Shown here one piece after another: positions 42,739 to 54,803 of a DNA stretch of 64,000 bases. The notes beneath the pieces were generated by a model that ran no database searches, was not told the DNA's origin, and was given only the letters and a program-made list of their open reading frames with translations. The stretch comes from Piedraia hortae CBS 480.64 (lineage: Eukaryota). The position numbers and the translations under genes were made by a program. Location: contig MU005964.1 in the NCBI GenBank assembly GCA_010093745.1, forward strand, positions 62,001 through 126,000. The letters are read 5' to 3'. Numbering within the stretch: the first letter of the stretch is position 1; each line of letters starts with the position of its first letter.

Positions 42739-44781
42739 ATGTCCCAATACGCCGGATCACGCTATGACGATGACGAGCCTCGCCGTTATCACAGCACGTG
42801 CGTCATTTTGCGGTGGAACGGCTGTATCGCTGACTTTCTTAGGCGCCTCCGCCCGCGTGGACCTGACGACAACGACGTCGTTCGTGAAGATATTTACATT
42901 GAACGCGGCAAAAACCCTCCTCGCGATCTTGTCATCCGCGAACGTGATGACAGTGTCGAAGACATACCCCGCAATTTTCCCCCGCCTGGACGCTCCGACT
43001 ATGACGTGAACCGTCGTGCCCGTAGCGCTGGACGACGCCATGATGATGATTACTACTATGAAGATGACCGTTACACTGATCATACGAACCGTTCGCGTCG
43101 CAAGGAACGTCAGAGGAAGTATCGCAGTGGACGCGACTACGATTCGGACTATTCAGATTCACCGCCCCCGCGCGAAAGGCGCAAGTCTGTTGTGGGGGAT
43201 GCACTGGAGAGCATGGGCCTGGGCGGAGTGGCCGGTGCGATGCTGGGCAAGAACAAGAACCGCTCGCGTTCCCGTTCTCGTGATCGTCGCTCGCACCGTT
43301 CGCGTTCGCGCCTGAGCAAGCATCGACGGTACTCATCGGAGTCGTCGTATCGCAGCCGCTCCCGGGGCAAGGATCCCGAACGTAAGTGGGCTCAAGCCGC
43401 TCAAGCCGCTCTCCTAGCCGGAGCTGTGGAGGCTATTCGCTCTCGCAACGAGCCTGGACCGTGGACCGGCGAAAAGGGCAAGCGCATTGCCACGGCTGCC
43501 TTGGGCGCCGGCGGGATTGATGGTCTTTTGGACAAGAATCCAGAGGCCAAGACCAAGCGTCACTTGGCTCAAGCTGTGGTCGGAGGCGTGGCTGCCAGCC
43601 GGTTGGCCAATGGTCCTCGCTCAAAGAGTCGCGGACGCGATCGTGCTTATTCTCCGGACGGAGTCCCAGGCAGAAGCCGCAGCATCATCGACCGCTTCCG
43701 CGGACGCTCCAAATCCCGTGGAAGACGCTCCTCCAGCTTTTCTCCTCCAGAAAAGGACGACCGTGGAGGAGCCGTCAAGGGGGTTGTAGCTGGCGGTGCA
43801 CTCGCAGCGGCCGGCAAGGCCATCTATGACCGGGTACGTTCCAAATCCCGCAGAAGACGCTCCCCTTCAAGCTCTTCGGCAGACTCGTACGTCCCCTCTC
43901 GCAATCGCCGCAGGGATAGACGTCGCTCACCACCTTCAGATACAGACGATCGCGCTTATCGGAGTCGAGCCGTTACCGATCGCGGTCCCGGCCGCGATAC
44001 TAACGGGGGGGGTAGGGCCGCAGCTGCGGCTGCTGGCGCGGGGGACGGGGCGTTAGCCGCCGGGGGAAGGCGAGACGAGAACAGGGGAACGCGGGGCGAG
44101 GCGATGGCGAAAGGGGACGGGAACCATTCTACTAGCGACAGTAGTAGCACGACGGACATGCAAGCCCGCCGCAAGCAGATGCGCGGCAAGGAACTCCTCA
44201 CGGCGGGTTTGGCTACGATTGCGACTATTCATGCTGCACACGGGGTATATTCTAGCATGGAGGCTCACGAAAAGCGTCATAAACTGGTTGCCGAACACGA
44301 AATGACACCGGAAGAGGCGCGTAAGAAACAGACCAAGGCATGGGTTCAGGATGCCGCTGCTATTGGCATCGCTGCTCTCGGTATCAAGGGCGCATTCTCC
44401 GAATGGAAAGAAATGAATCAACAACGGTATGTTTGAATCCGATCATCCTGAATGTTGCTGACGTGTTACAGCGAGGAGATTCACGAAATAGAAAAACGTC
44501 GTCGTGAGCGCCGACGCAAGCTCCAACATCGGCAGAGACGTGAGGCGCGCGAACAGCAAGAGCGTATGCTGCAAATCATGTCTGCGAGTGCTAATCCTGC
44601 GGCGGCTCTCGTGCCTATGAGTAACATGCAAGGAGGCAATATGCCTATGCCTGCGATGCCTAACATGCCAAATATGCCGACACCTGGTTATGGGGGCTAC
44701 GGCTATCAAACCTATATGCCTCCGGAAAACAATGGGCGTCCGCCGCCGGATCAGTCTGGTAATCCTTATGCTCCTCGCTAG
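42739..44781 (+). CDS. RS-rich low-complexity protein (DUF3824-like; introns 42798-42842, 44427-44471)
   Basis: RSRSR tracts; AALLAGAVEAIRSR..PGPWTGEKGKRIATAA; KELLTAGLATIATIHAAH. Canonical splice signals join it to the 44472-44781 exon. Confidence 0.8.
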
Positions 44782-45143
44782 GAACTCGATGCAGTGAATA
44801 GGTCCAGTCTGCTTTTGTGCTCGCCAGTCTTCGTAGCGTTAGTATGAGGCATGGGTAATGAGTTTGTCCACGCGTCATCTGTGTGTAGTTCACATGGCAA
44901 GCCATGTGGAGGCAGTTTCACTTGATTGTCCTCGCCACGATGAAGGGGCTGCAATTACTTAACATGGCATTGCAAGGGGAGATTCACATATGTTTCTACT
45001 TTGAACGATAGAGTTCCTTGCATCTGCTTGGATGATGTCGTGATACCTTAAGCTTCACGCAATTCCTGTTTGTCTGTCGTCACCACGCATCATACCCCGC
45101 CTACCCCACCAACCCTTCACCGTCCTCACCAGACTTCACAACC

Positions 45144-45446
45144 ATGCCTCTTGTAGTGCCCGGCTTGCAGAACTCGGCTTCGGCCTCTTCGCAGAACAAT
45201 GCAGAAGAATGGATGAATAGGCTTGCAGGAAAGACGCTGGGAGACAAGAGTGATGAGACGGTTTGTGACATCATAGAATGGATGATAGCGTGCTGATTTC
45301 GACAGACGTTTGCTCGCTCCGAACTGCCAAAGTCGCATCGTGTTGTGAAGCAGGGACAGGATTTCTCGCAGACAGATCACGATGCGGAGCGAATCAATAT
45401 CGTCACGGATGACAATGGTGTTGTGATGAAGGTTACGAGTGGGTGA
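45144..45446 (+). CDS. Small peptidase inhibitor I78-family protein, 85 aa (intron 45261-45305; absent from the ORF track)
   Basis: Spliced product is MPLVVPGLQ...EEWMNRLAGKTLGDKSDET/TFARSELPKSHRVVKQGQDFSQTDHDAERINIVTDDNGVVMKVTSG. Confidence 0.85.
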
Positions 45447-45490
45447 ATAACAGGTGACTAGATGTACACGTTATGGATGATGTAAATGGT

Positions 45491-46540
45491 CTATTTCCCG
45501 CTCTTTCGCTTGCCCTGGTTCCGCGGACGTTCTTTTACTACCCACTTGTTTCGGTTGCGCTTCTGGCGGGTTTTGTAGCCGCCCTTGGCTGGAGTTCCCC
45601 AGATTGAGACGGGATGGACGTTGCCTTTGCTCTTTCCCCGTCCACCACCATGTGGATGGTCGGCTGCGTTCATGGCCACGCCACGGACTGTTGGTCGAAT
45701 ATTTAGCCATCTGCTACGTCCTGCTTTGCCCAGCTGGCGAAACCGCCATTGTGGATTGCTGGCCACTCCCATTGTTGCGCATGCGTTCCTGTCAACCTTG
45801 CGCACCTCTCCCGATCGCAGCCGTATGTGCACATGGCGTATTTGCTTGCTGTGTTCGGGCCCATACTCGTCCCGTCCAACAACAGTGGCATAGGTCCCTG
45901 CACTGCGGCAGAAGACTGCCCCACGGGCTGATGAAGAGCCAATGCAGTACACCTGGGATCCCAAGGGCACCATGTGGATAGGTAGGCAATTGCCACGTAA
46001 TGCGGTTTTGGCTGCGAGCACTCCCGGGTCGATGACCCCTCCCATGCTTTCTACCAACTGAGTAGGGAGACCGTATAGGTATGATTCAACCACATCTCCC
46101 GCGCGCATTCCTTCAGCTGCAACGATATAACTCTTTTCCCCAGTTGCTACTCGCGAGATGAGGGCGATGTGAGCAGATCGATTTGGGTCGTACTCTATGC
46201 GTTCTACCACATGCTTTCCTGGGGCTCGACGTTGAAAGTCGACGGTACGGATACGGCGTCTATGACCTCCTCCTCTATGCCGTACTGTGATGCGTCCAGT
46301 GTTGTTTCTGCCGCCTTTTGCATGCCCAATTTTGGGAAAGGTCAGCTTGCGGTAAGGCTGTCCTTTCCACAGATGAGGATTGAGTGGTTGGCGCAAATGA
46401 CGGACACCGGGTGTTTTGGGCTTGAAGGTTTTGAGCAGGACCTGTTGAGACTTTGCAGCCGGTGCTAAAACTTGCTCTGCTGATGCAGTAGAGGCATATC
46501 GGACCGTGGAGCTGAAGAGCTTACCACAGCGCAGAGACAT
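45491..46540 (-). CDS. RML2: Mitochondrial ribosomal protein uL2m
   Basis: Motifs GGRNNTGRITVRHRGGG, IEYDPNRSAHIAL and RPTVRGVAMNAADHPHGGG, with an N-terminal presequence. Confidence 0.96.
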   Translation of the reverse strand: MSLRCGKLFSSTVRYASTASAEQVLAPAAKSQQVLLKTFKPKTPGVRHLRQPLNPHLWKGQPYRKLTFPKIGHAKGGRNNTGRITVRHRGGGHRRRIRTVDFQRRAPGKHVVERIEYDPNRSAHIALISRVATGEKSYIVAAEGMRAGDVVESYLYGLPTQLVESMGGVIDPGVLAAKTALRGNCLPIHMVPLGSQVYCIGSSSARGAVFCRSAGTYATVVGRDEYGPEHSKQIRHVHIRLRSGEVRKVDRNACATMGVASNPQWRFRQLGKAGRSRWLNIRPTVRGVAMNAADHPHGGGRGKSKGNVHPVSIWGTPAKGGYKTRQKRNRNKWVVKERPRNQGKRKSGK

Positions 46541-47062
46541 GGCTGTCTGTTTGAGATGAGAGCTGGTGTCAAACTAGCTCGGCTAACTTACCGTTTTAAG
46601 ATTTGTTCGATGCAATACGCGTGGGTCGGCCCGACTCCCGCTTTCTCCGCTTTGCAACGCGCCGAGAGTTATTGTTGCTCCCAGCAACCAAAGCCAGTCC
46701 CAACGCGGGAAAGAACTCCACCTGTACGCCCATAAGTTTTACTGCATCGTTCCTCCCTCGCGTTGTTTTTTTCTTTTCGTACCCTCCTCGCGTCGACGAG
46801 AGTCCTTTTTTAAGAAAGAGAAAGAGCGGATGAGAAAGTGAACGCTAAACCGTCACGACACGACACGCGCGGCACGCCCCGATCTCCGGTAAGTGCCTCA
46901 CACAAAAACATCCAACTTCCGCGTCAACTTCATCTGACTCTTTGCAGAGACGCTTTGCACGCGTCACTTGCATACTTTTTAGGAAGTGTCACATTTACCG
47001 CTGCTTAACAACGCGTCTTCTCCTCTTCTTCCTTCCACCACGCAGTCCATACAACAGTGACG

Positions 47063-48563
47063 ATGCCTCCGGTACGTTGACTGACTCAGTCCAGTGAACG
47101 GTTCCTTGCTAACTCTCCTCCAGGCCCGGGCTACCCGTCGGGCGCAGACAGATGAGAACGCGGATGCTATTCCGCAGCGCGTGACGCGTGCCAAAGCCGC
47201 CGCACTCGAGACGGGTGCGGAGCCCAAGAAGGCGCTGGCAGCCAAACGCACGACTACCACGGCTGCCTCCAACGGCGCCCAGGCTGGACGCAAACGTACC
47301 GCTCTCGTCGATGTCAGCAACCAAAATAAAAAGGATACCGACAAGGCCGAAGGCAAAAAGGACGCGTCGGGAAAGCTGACGCTGGCAAAGACAGCCAAGC
47401 CTACTGGCATATCCAAGACGACGCGTACCACAACGTCGCGTACCGTCAAGCCAGCCCCAGCGGAATCGAAACGAGCTGCCAGTGGTAGCGGAGTAGGTGG
47501 CCATGTGAGCAAGAAACGGAACACGACCCAAGTTGTGGCCGAGGAGGTCGTACAGGATGAGGTTGTAACGGAAAAATCGACGGTGACAACGAGTGTTGCA
47601 ACCAAGGTCGAAGAGACTGAGGACCTGGAGACGGGGAAGCCGACCATTGAAGACATTGTCAAGCTGGCCAAGGATCTTGACGCAGAGGACAGCAGGGATC
47701 CTGTTCACGTATCTGAATACGTTCATGAGATCTTTGAGTACATGAGGGAACTGGAGGTTTCAACCCAACCGAATCCGGATTACATGGACCACCAAGCCGA
47801 CCTTGAGTGGAAAATGCGTGGCATTCTGGTTGACTGGCTCCTTGAGGTACACACCCGCTTCCGTCTGCTGCCCGAAACCCTGTTTCTTGCTGTCAACATC
47901 ATCGACCGCTTTTTGTCGTGCAAAGTTGTTCAGCTCGACCGACTGCAGCTTGTTGGAGTTACTGCCATGTTCATTGCCAGCAAGTACGAGGAGGTTTTGT
48001 CGCCGCACGTCATGAACTTTGTCCACGTTGCCGATGACGGCTTCAGCGAGACGGAGATCTTGTCTGCCGAACGCTTCATCCTGGCGTCATTGGACTACGA
48101 TTTGTCCTACCCCAACCCTATGAATTTTTTGCGCCGCATCTCCAAGGCGGACCGTTACGATGTGCAGACGCGCACTCTGGGCAAATACCTTGTCGAAATT
48201 GCCTGTCTGGACCACCGCTTCATCAAGTATGTTCCCTCGCACGTGTCTGCGGCGGCAATGTACCTCGCACGTCTTGCGCTGGATCGCGGTGAATGGGATG
48301 CCAACCTCACGAAGTACTCTGGATATACGGAGGAGCAGATCCAACCCGTGTTCAAGCTCATGGTGGATTACCTGCAGGGACCGGTGGTGCATGACGCATT
48401 CTTCCGCAAGTATGCAAGCAAGAAGTTTTTGAAGGGTACGTTTCGTTTGCCCTGATTGTGAAAGACTTGCTGACGTGACTCTTTAGCATCGATTGTCCTT
48501 CGTGCATGGGCTCGCAAATGGGGACCACATTTTTTGGGCCAGGAGCCGAAGGCGCAGGCGTAG
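47063..48563 (+). CDS. nimE: G2/mitotic B-type cyclin (exons 47063-47071, 47124-48435, 48487-48563; 5'UTR intron 46889-46947)
   Basis: D-box RTALVDVSN; cyclin box MRGILVDWL..VH..FRLLPETLFLAVNIIDRFL..LQLVG..ASKYEE; YPNPMNFLRRISKAD. The first coding exon is ATG CCT CCG. Confidence 0.93.
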
Positions 48564-49081
48564 TATGACTACATGAAGCCAATAGTGTGGAGCGTTTAAC
48601 GGCGTTGGGGTGAAAGGGGTGTCTTAGTCTTGCAGTCATAAGCTCAGCACTGCGTTACCCTTGAGCAGTCTCTTTTCTGCGTCGACTTGGGGGAAGAAGA
48701 AATTGCTAGACTTGACAGGATTGTGAGGTCTTCTTTTGCTGAACCTCGTGTTGTTTCATTATGTCTCTTTTCATTATGTCTCTAATGCAACGCCTTCCTC
48801 TATCATTTTGAACAATCCATCCGGGGAAGAATTGCAGTCTACATTGGAAGCAATGACACGGTCTGAAAGGCCTGATAAACATTACGAAAAGACTATACAT
48901 TCCCCGACGCGTAGCGAACATGCGAGCGGGCATCCGCCTCGGGTTTCTTCCGAGCCCTACACTTGTTAAGCAAATCGTCCCAGTCGCCCCTTTCCACCCT
49001 CTGCGCGCCGGCCGTGGCCTGCTGTTCATTAACATCAAAAACACCAACACCAAAACTCCGTCGTGGCTCATTAGCGCTTTC

Positions 49082-50020
49082 CTAGCTCTGCTGAATTTGT
49101 GTCGCCTGTTCCAGCGCGAGAGGGGAGTTTTCCGGCGGTTGTCTGAACAACACAATCTCCGATTGTTTGAAATACCGCCTTGCATCTTCATCGATGAGGA
49201 CTAGACTGAGGTAGTACCGTACCGAGAATTTCTTGTTTACATCGCGAAAAGTAGGAGTGAGGTCGAAACCACCTAGAAAGAGTCTGATGGGGATCGTCTC
49301 ACCTCGTGAAGGTGATCCATCCATGATTTCAAATCGGACGAGGGTATCGCTTTCATTGTACTGGTTCGGGGGCGCACCTGTGCTTTCCCTCCTTATGATT
49401 GACAACTCCATGTGTCTGATCTTGAGCCGGACGAGGAGGAAGTAGATTCTCCCTACAATGACGTCTTTGAGGTGGTACTTGTTCTTGCTGTATTCGAATT
49501 CGATATGCAGACAGTCTTCGAGCCCGACGTCCATTTTGATGACATGGTTCGCCTCCGGCGGCTGGCGGTACGAATATACCCAGATCTCCTTCTCGCGGAC
49601 CACGTCCGCCATCCGACGACTGACCGTTACGCGCACGAAGTAGCGCAGTTTTACGTTGATTCCGCTGTAGCTTTCGTACGCTTTTTCGACGTTTTTGAAG
49701 GCAAAGGGAAGGGAGACAGGATGTTGGAGCTCGCCAGGGCTTGCCAGTTCGGTTTGGAGACTGAGAAACTCGTGGTGGGTGCCACGGTCAAAGTACATTT
49801 CTATCGTGCCGACGAATTGAACTTTGATTCCGGTGTGTTCGAGTCTTTTACCGTCTTTGGGACGTACGGTTACGATCCCGGAGACAGTTTCGCCGTCGAG
49901 GTATAGAGGTGCCTTCTCACGGCGGCCTTTCGCATCGTTGATGTCGACCGTTGGTCGCTCGTCCGTGTCCGTTAGTACGATGTCGATGTCTAGGGGCGTC
50001 GAGAAGGAGAAAAGCGACAT
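49082..50020 (-). CDS. VPS26: Retromer subunit Vps26
   Basis: Motifs LEHTGIKVQFVG, IKMDVGLEDCLHIEFEY and MDGSPSRGETIPIRLFL. Confidence 0.96.
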   Translation of the reverse strand: MSLFSFSTPLDIDIVLTDTDERPTVDINDAKGRREKAPLYLDGETVSGIVTVRPKDGKRLEHTGIKVQFVGTIEMYFDRGTHHEFLSLQTELASPGELQHPVSLPFAFKNVEKAYESYSGINVKLRYFVRVTVSRRMADVVREKEIWVYSYRQPPEANHVIKMDVGLEDCLHIEFEYSKNKYHLKDVIVGRIYFLLVRLKIRHMELSIIRRESTGAPPNQYNESDTLVRFEIMDGSPSRGETIPIRLFLGGFDLTPTFRDVNKKFSVRYYLSLVLIDEDARRYFKQSEIVLFRQPPENSPLALEQATQIQQS

Positions 50021-50507
50021 GGTTAAGGAAGGGTGCGGTGCTGGGGGAAGTTGTCTGTTGGCGTGGTAATCCCTGGCAGCGCTAGAGGTGCGTTTGGCCT
50101 AATTGGGAAGAGGATGTATCACGTAGATACTTTCTGGTCAGCCAACACATCAAAAGAATTAGTCAAGCAAGGTCCCACGATAAGGAGCGGCAGAGCCTGT
50201 GCATCATAACGACATATTGGTTTCAAATACATACAAATTTTCAAAAGACCAATCACCTATCTGAGGATGATTACTCGTCGAGGAATAAGATGTTGGCCAT
50301 TTCGAGACCATGATAACCGTCTCCAGTTAGGACATGCCGGCTGGTATGGCGGCCGATAGTTCCATTGTATGTCAACTGGATGGCACGTACAACGGAAGTC
50401 GCTCACTCCCCATACCTTTGCATTTCACATCCGAGGAGTATGGCAAATTTGGATTCTTGGTCGATACAATCATGTATGATATCCCCAGCCCAGACACTCC
50501 GTCATTG

Positions 50508-51200
50508 CTATCCGATTTGCAATTCCGGAAAACTCGCCATTTTCCCTCGTGTCACCCCTTCCTCAGCCAATGAGAAGAAATCACTGCAAAACTGCACAAA
50601 CTTGAGATTTAGATGCGACCCATGGTTGTGGACGAACAGCAGGCGCCACCTACGCCTTGCTCGGGCACTCGTCGCCTTGTCGAAAACATGGACGAGCCAG
50701 TCGTTGCCCAGCTTGTCGTTCGTCCAGCCATTTTTAGTTGCCGCAAAGTAGGCCTGATGCCGGTTCGCGTCAACCTCTTCCACCCAACTGTCCTGCACGG
50801 TGTCCGAGGCCGAAGCAAAGATGGCATGGCTGCCATGACAGTGACCCACCCGCAGTTACCATCCTGGTCCGCTCCAACCAGGCGGCCCTTTCCCATAATA
50901 TCTACGTGTAAATACGCGCTTTGTCTTCTGACCCTTTCCGATCAGAACCCCTTTTCATCCATGTTGTACACATTCTCTGGTTGGATTCATAGGTCCTGGA
51001 TCTTCTTCTCTAACACCTCGAAGTAGGCCTGGTAGCTCTCGCGGGATGTCCACAATATCATTTTGCATTTCCAGATCACTTCTTGTAAACTGCTGAGAAT
51101 GGTATCGCATGAACAAAACGCAATGGGCTTCTGACCCAAAGGATACCATGGCTTGCGTGTCAATCTCCAGCAACGCCGAAAACTGTCTGACCATGTTTGA
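50508..51200 (-). mobile_element. Degenerate pogo/Fot1-type (DDE_1) transposase
   Basis: Frameshifted, stop-interrupted fragments in order: MVRQFSA; RESYQAYFEVLEKKIQ; ENVYNMDEKGF*; QDGNCGWVTVM; TKNGWTNDKLGNDWLVHVFD..RWRLLFVHNHGSH. The usual D of DGHGSH is lost. No TIRs identified. Confidence 0.85.
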
Positions 51201-53090
51201 AGTCCCAACCTAAGCAGTGGAGATAGCGCAACCAGCGTATCGGCGATTTGGACACTACGCAGAGAAATCCGCTCGAATTAAAGACTGCCGCTCCGCTCTT
51301 GCCTCCGATGGCTTTGCGCACTGTGAGCAACTGCGCAATCTTGGACAAAGCCGGAGACGAAGGGAGTGGAGCCGACGGAGCTCGTTCCACGAGCGGCGAA
51401 CGTCAGAGAACGCCACAGTCACGCTCTCACCCAAAAGAACCTTCGAAGTTCGTAAACCCAAGAAGCTTCCACTTGCACGCCGCCCATAAGTTCCAGGCTC
51501 TTAATAGATGAGGGTGTCGTCTAAGTAATCGGAGACGAACGTGTCGAGGTAATGGTGGAGGGTTTGGTTGATAAAACTCTGCCAACGCGCTGGGGCGTTC
51601 GTGAGGCCAAAAGGCAGCACAAAGCTCTCGTACAGCCTCACCTTGTGTGAATGGATTGACATCCCAATACGGAGCGATGAACACCAAATTCCACTATCCC
51701 AATTGCATGTATCCTAAGCCTGCCCGGGGGAGAGTCATAGGGAAAGAGTGACCTTGCCACGTCAGTGACTCCGACATGAACACGGAATAAAAGTTTTGCT
51801 CCAAGTACGTCCCGTAAAAATAGTTGAAGGTTTCATCCTCCTCGTCCTCGGGCACATCGCCAGGCTAATCCGGAAAATCAGAATTTTCCTGACACCTGCT
51901 GGCCCCAAACTTTTAGATTCGACTGTCAGTATATAAAGATGATTATGGTGAGAGTCAAACTTGTACCTTGACATTATTGGCGGTCTCATGTTTTCACCTG
52001 CGGATATACTTCCCCATATGCTCCCTCGCCAGAAGTTTTGTGGAGTGCGAGGAGCTTCATGCAAGTGTCATCCCATACCTGCCTGATCAGGCTCAGTTTT
52101 TTGCATTGTGAGGCATACAGGAACCGTTGCCTCGAAACCTCCTGCTCATTTGCCGCAATGTCTTCTTGGTCATGCCGCTAAAACGCGGCGGGATCCGCTG
52201 GTGAGGCAATGGGCAGGCCCTATCGGGGGCCCTTTGGGGATTTTCTGGTGCACACGAGTCGTTGGCTCTTAATCCTCTCTCTGATCTAGATGTTTGTTAA
52301 TACAAGTGCGACCAATCCTCGTAGGGTATAATCTCATCGTGGACGTGATCTTGAAATGGTGATATAGCTGATAATGCTCTCTGCAGAACTGTGGTAAGAA
52401 GCTTTGCCTTGTCCTTTTCATCTGTAGCGTCAGGCTCCACGCTCCGTTTAGAGCCCCCATGGCGCACATGCAGCAAAACCACGAGCGCCACCAGGAAAGG
52501 CCCCGACACATGCCCCAAATTATTGCTATGGCCTTGCCACTCGGAGTCCCTCCTTGGCCCAGCCAGTCGTTCTTGGCGCAGATCGTAGTAAAGTCTGTAT
52601 GGTGGCTCGTAGCGCTGACATGGCGGCGGCTGATCGACAGCTCCGCACTGGGTGAGTCTGGGCAATAAGCCATATAAGAGCAAACAGGACGCCGCTGAGG
52701 GAGCCAACCAGTAGGACTATGCTTGCCGACTTTTCAGGTGTTGGCGGGCAGCCCACCCAGAGCAATACCGATCGCACAATTCACTGTGCCCCGATCGTGG
52801 TGGCCCCGACGACCACGGAGATGATCCATCGCCTGGCCAAACATAACGGCACGAGGCCCATGCTCCTTTCCTGCCGCACGAGCAAGTGGCACAGCATGGG
52901 CAGCTCGATCAAAATGCAGACCGAGACTGCCGTCCCGCTGGACATTGCCCGAATGACGGAACTGGCACCATGGATGGAGATGTGCATTTGCTGCAGAGAG
53001 AGCAAAATGCGATACGCAAAATACGACCGCAGCAGCGCACGACTGTTGAAATTGGCCGAGCAAGCTGACCAACTGGCGGTACACGCAGCA

Positions 53091-53830
53091 TCACGTCTGC
53101 CGAGTCAAGCTGGCCTCCCTGAGCTGAAGACCATGCCACACAGCCGCGATTATTGGCGTTTGTCGATCTCGGGATACCAAGCGCAGGGATCGCCGAAAGT
53201 TCTCAGCGTGCGAGAGGTTCCGCTCCGGATTCTTGTGATTTGTCAAGGAAATTATTGTCTTGAAAAACCTGAGTTTGTCCTCGCTCATGAGAACAATAAA
53301 GTTGAAGGCCATCACGTATTCTTCCACCATAGCTGCGTAATGCAAGGCAGTATGCATGTTGGGAAGCTTGAGCTTGTTGAGGTACTTTTGGGCCATCTGT
53401 GCAGGAGTTGCCGTCTTTGAGGTTGTTTTGCCATTTGGACTTCCGGATACTTCATGGCTCTCGTCAAAATATGCCAGGATGTAAATATTTTTACCTTTCC
53501 AGGACTCAGTCGACGGTTTGGTGAGGAGGCATGTGTAGCCTGCAGCCTTGCTGGTCGAAGCTATCTTCTTTGTCGCCTGGGCCTTGGCAATGGCTCTCCA
53601 GAGGGAGCATGTGTCTTTCTCACCCAGTTCATATAGGAGTTCAGTGTAAACAGCCAGGGAGACTCCTACTATCTCCTGGTTGTCTTCATCCAGCTGTTCT
53701 TAGGTGATACAGCTACCGGGCACTAGAACCACCTCCAGGCGCCTCTAACCGTGCTGAAAGATTCTCGGTGTTGAGCACGAGGAGTTTGTGATGAGTGTAA
53801 GCCCAAGCGGGATGGAGGGAAGCTGCCAAC
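53091..53830 (-). mobile_element. Probable remnant of a second transposase-like gene (possibly CACTA/Plavaka-related)
   Basis: PNMHTALHYAAMVEEYVMAFNFIVLMSEDKLRFFK..TNHKNPER resembles the PN.H...H.....EY....N..VL.GEDKHR.FK motif I recall from fungal transposase-like proteins. There is an upstream FPP..LQ/TP..HRESFS-like fragment. The region is fragmented. Confidence 0.45.
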
Positions 53831-54803
53831 CTTTCCGTATGCAAGGAGCTGTGGAGGATGGTTAGCGCGATTACCTAACAAACAAGATAGGTGCAAACTT
53901 TGGTTTGCTGTCCGATCTAGAGGCTGAATACCCATCGCCTCGTGGCCTTAGAAAGTCGCATCCGTTACTGAGCATGTCTGCCGGTTCGATGATAAGCTGA
54001 CATTCCCGGGAGAAGGCCACGTAGACTTTGACATATGGCTATGCAGCTTCAGCGCACATGGAGCTGAGGGAGCGAGGTTGTATATATAAGTCGTTGGTTT
54101 CCGCGATCTTGGCGACAAGGTCCATGTGGCGAGATTGTGAGACTTTATTTTGTTGGCTCACTGGTCATCCTCCTGCATCAATACTAGCGGGTTATATAAG
54201 TTCATAGTGTCGTAGACCTGTGGATGACAGCTGGCACCACTGTGGGAACTCGCTCTTCAGGAAGATCGAGTATTGATGGCTGCTGTCTTGATTTGTTGCC
54301 ACCCACCTGGAGATTACCTCAGGTATTCGGGCGCTGAAATTCAGCCTTGGCCTTATCACTCGCATCACCGCCGTGGTACAATGTCCTTTACCCGGCGATG
54401 CAAACGGCTGCAATGGGACTGGTCTCCTAGTAAACCCGTCCGGACTTAACGGCCCTCATTAATTTCCTCTTTCTATGTGTTGGTAGAATCACGGCCTCTG
54501 CATTGTTTTGCATGCATGGAGTAGTTGTGTTTGGGAAAGACATTTCGGCATTTGTCGTGTGGGGTAAGTGGCCTTGGCACTTTTGGCTCTTGTCGCTTTC
54601 CATCTGGACAAATTTTCCTAACAAGTGAAAGGTAACAATTCTTTCACGGTTACCAGCAACACGTTCTAATAGGGCACATATGATATGATATACTACATTC
54701 ACAGCTGGTTTGCCTGCAAGCAATGAGACATTTGACAGTTATTATGTAGCCACAACATTCCAATTCGGACATATAAAGTACAATCTCGAAAGCTTATCCC
54801 AAA

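Noticed and set aside
52719..53420. 233-aa plus-strand ORF
   Set aside because: No recognisable domain, and it overlaps the minus-strand transposase-like fragment.
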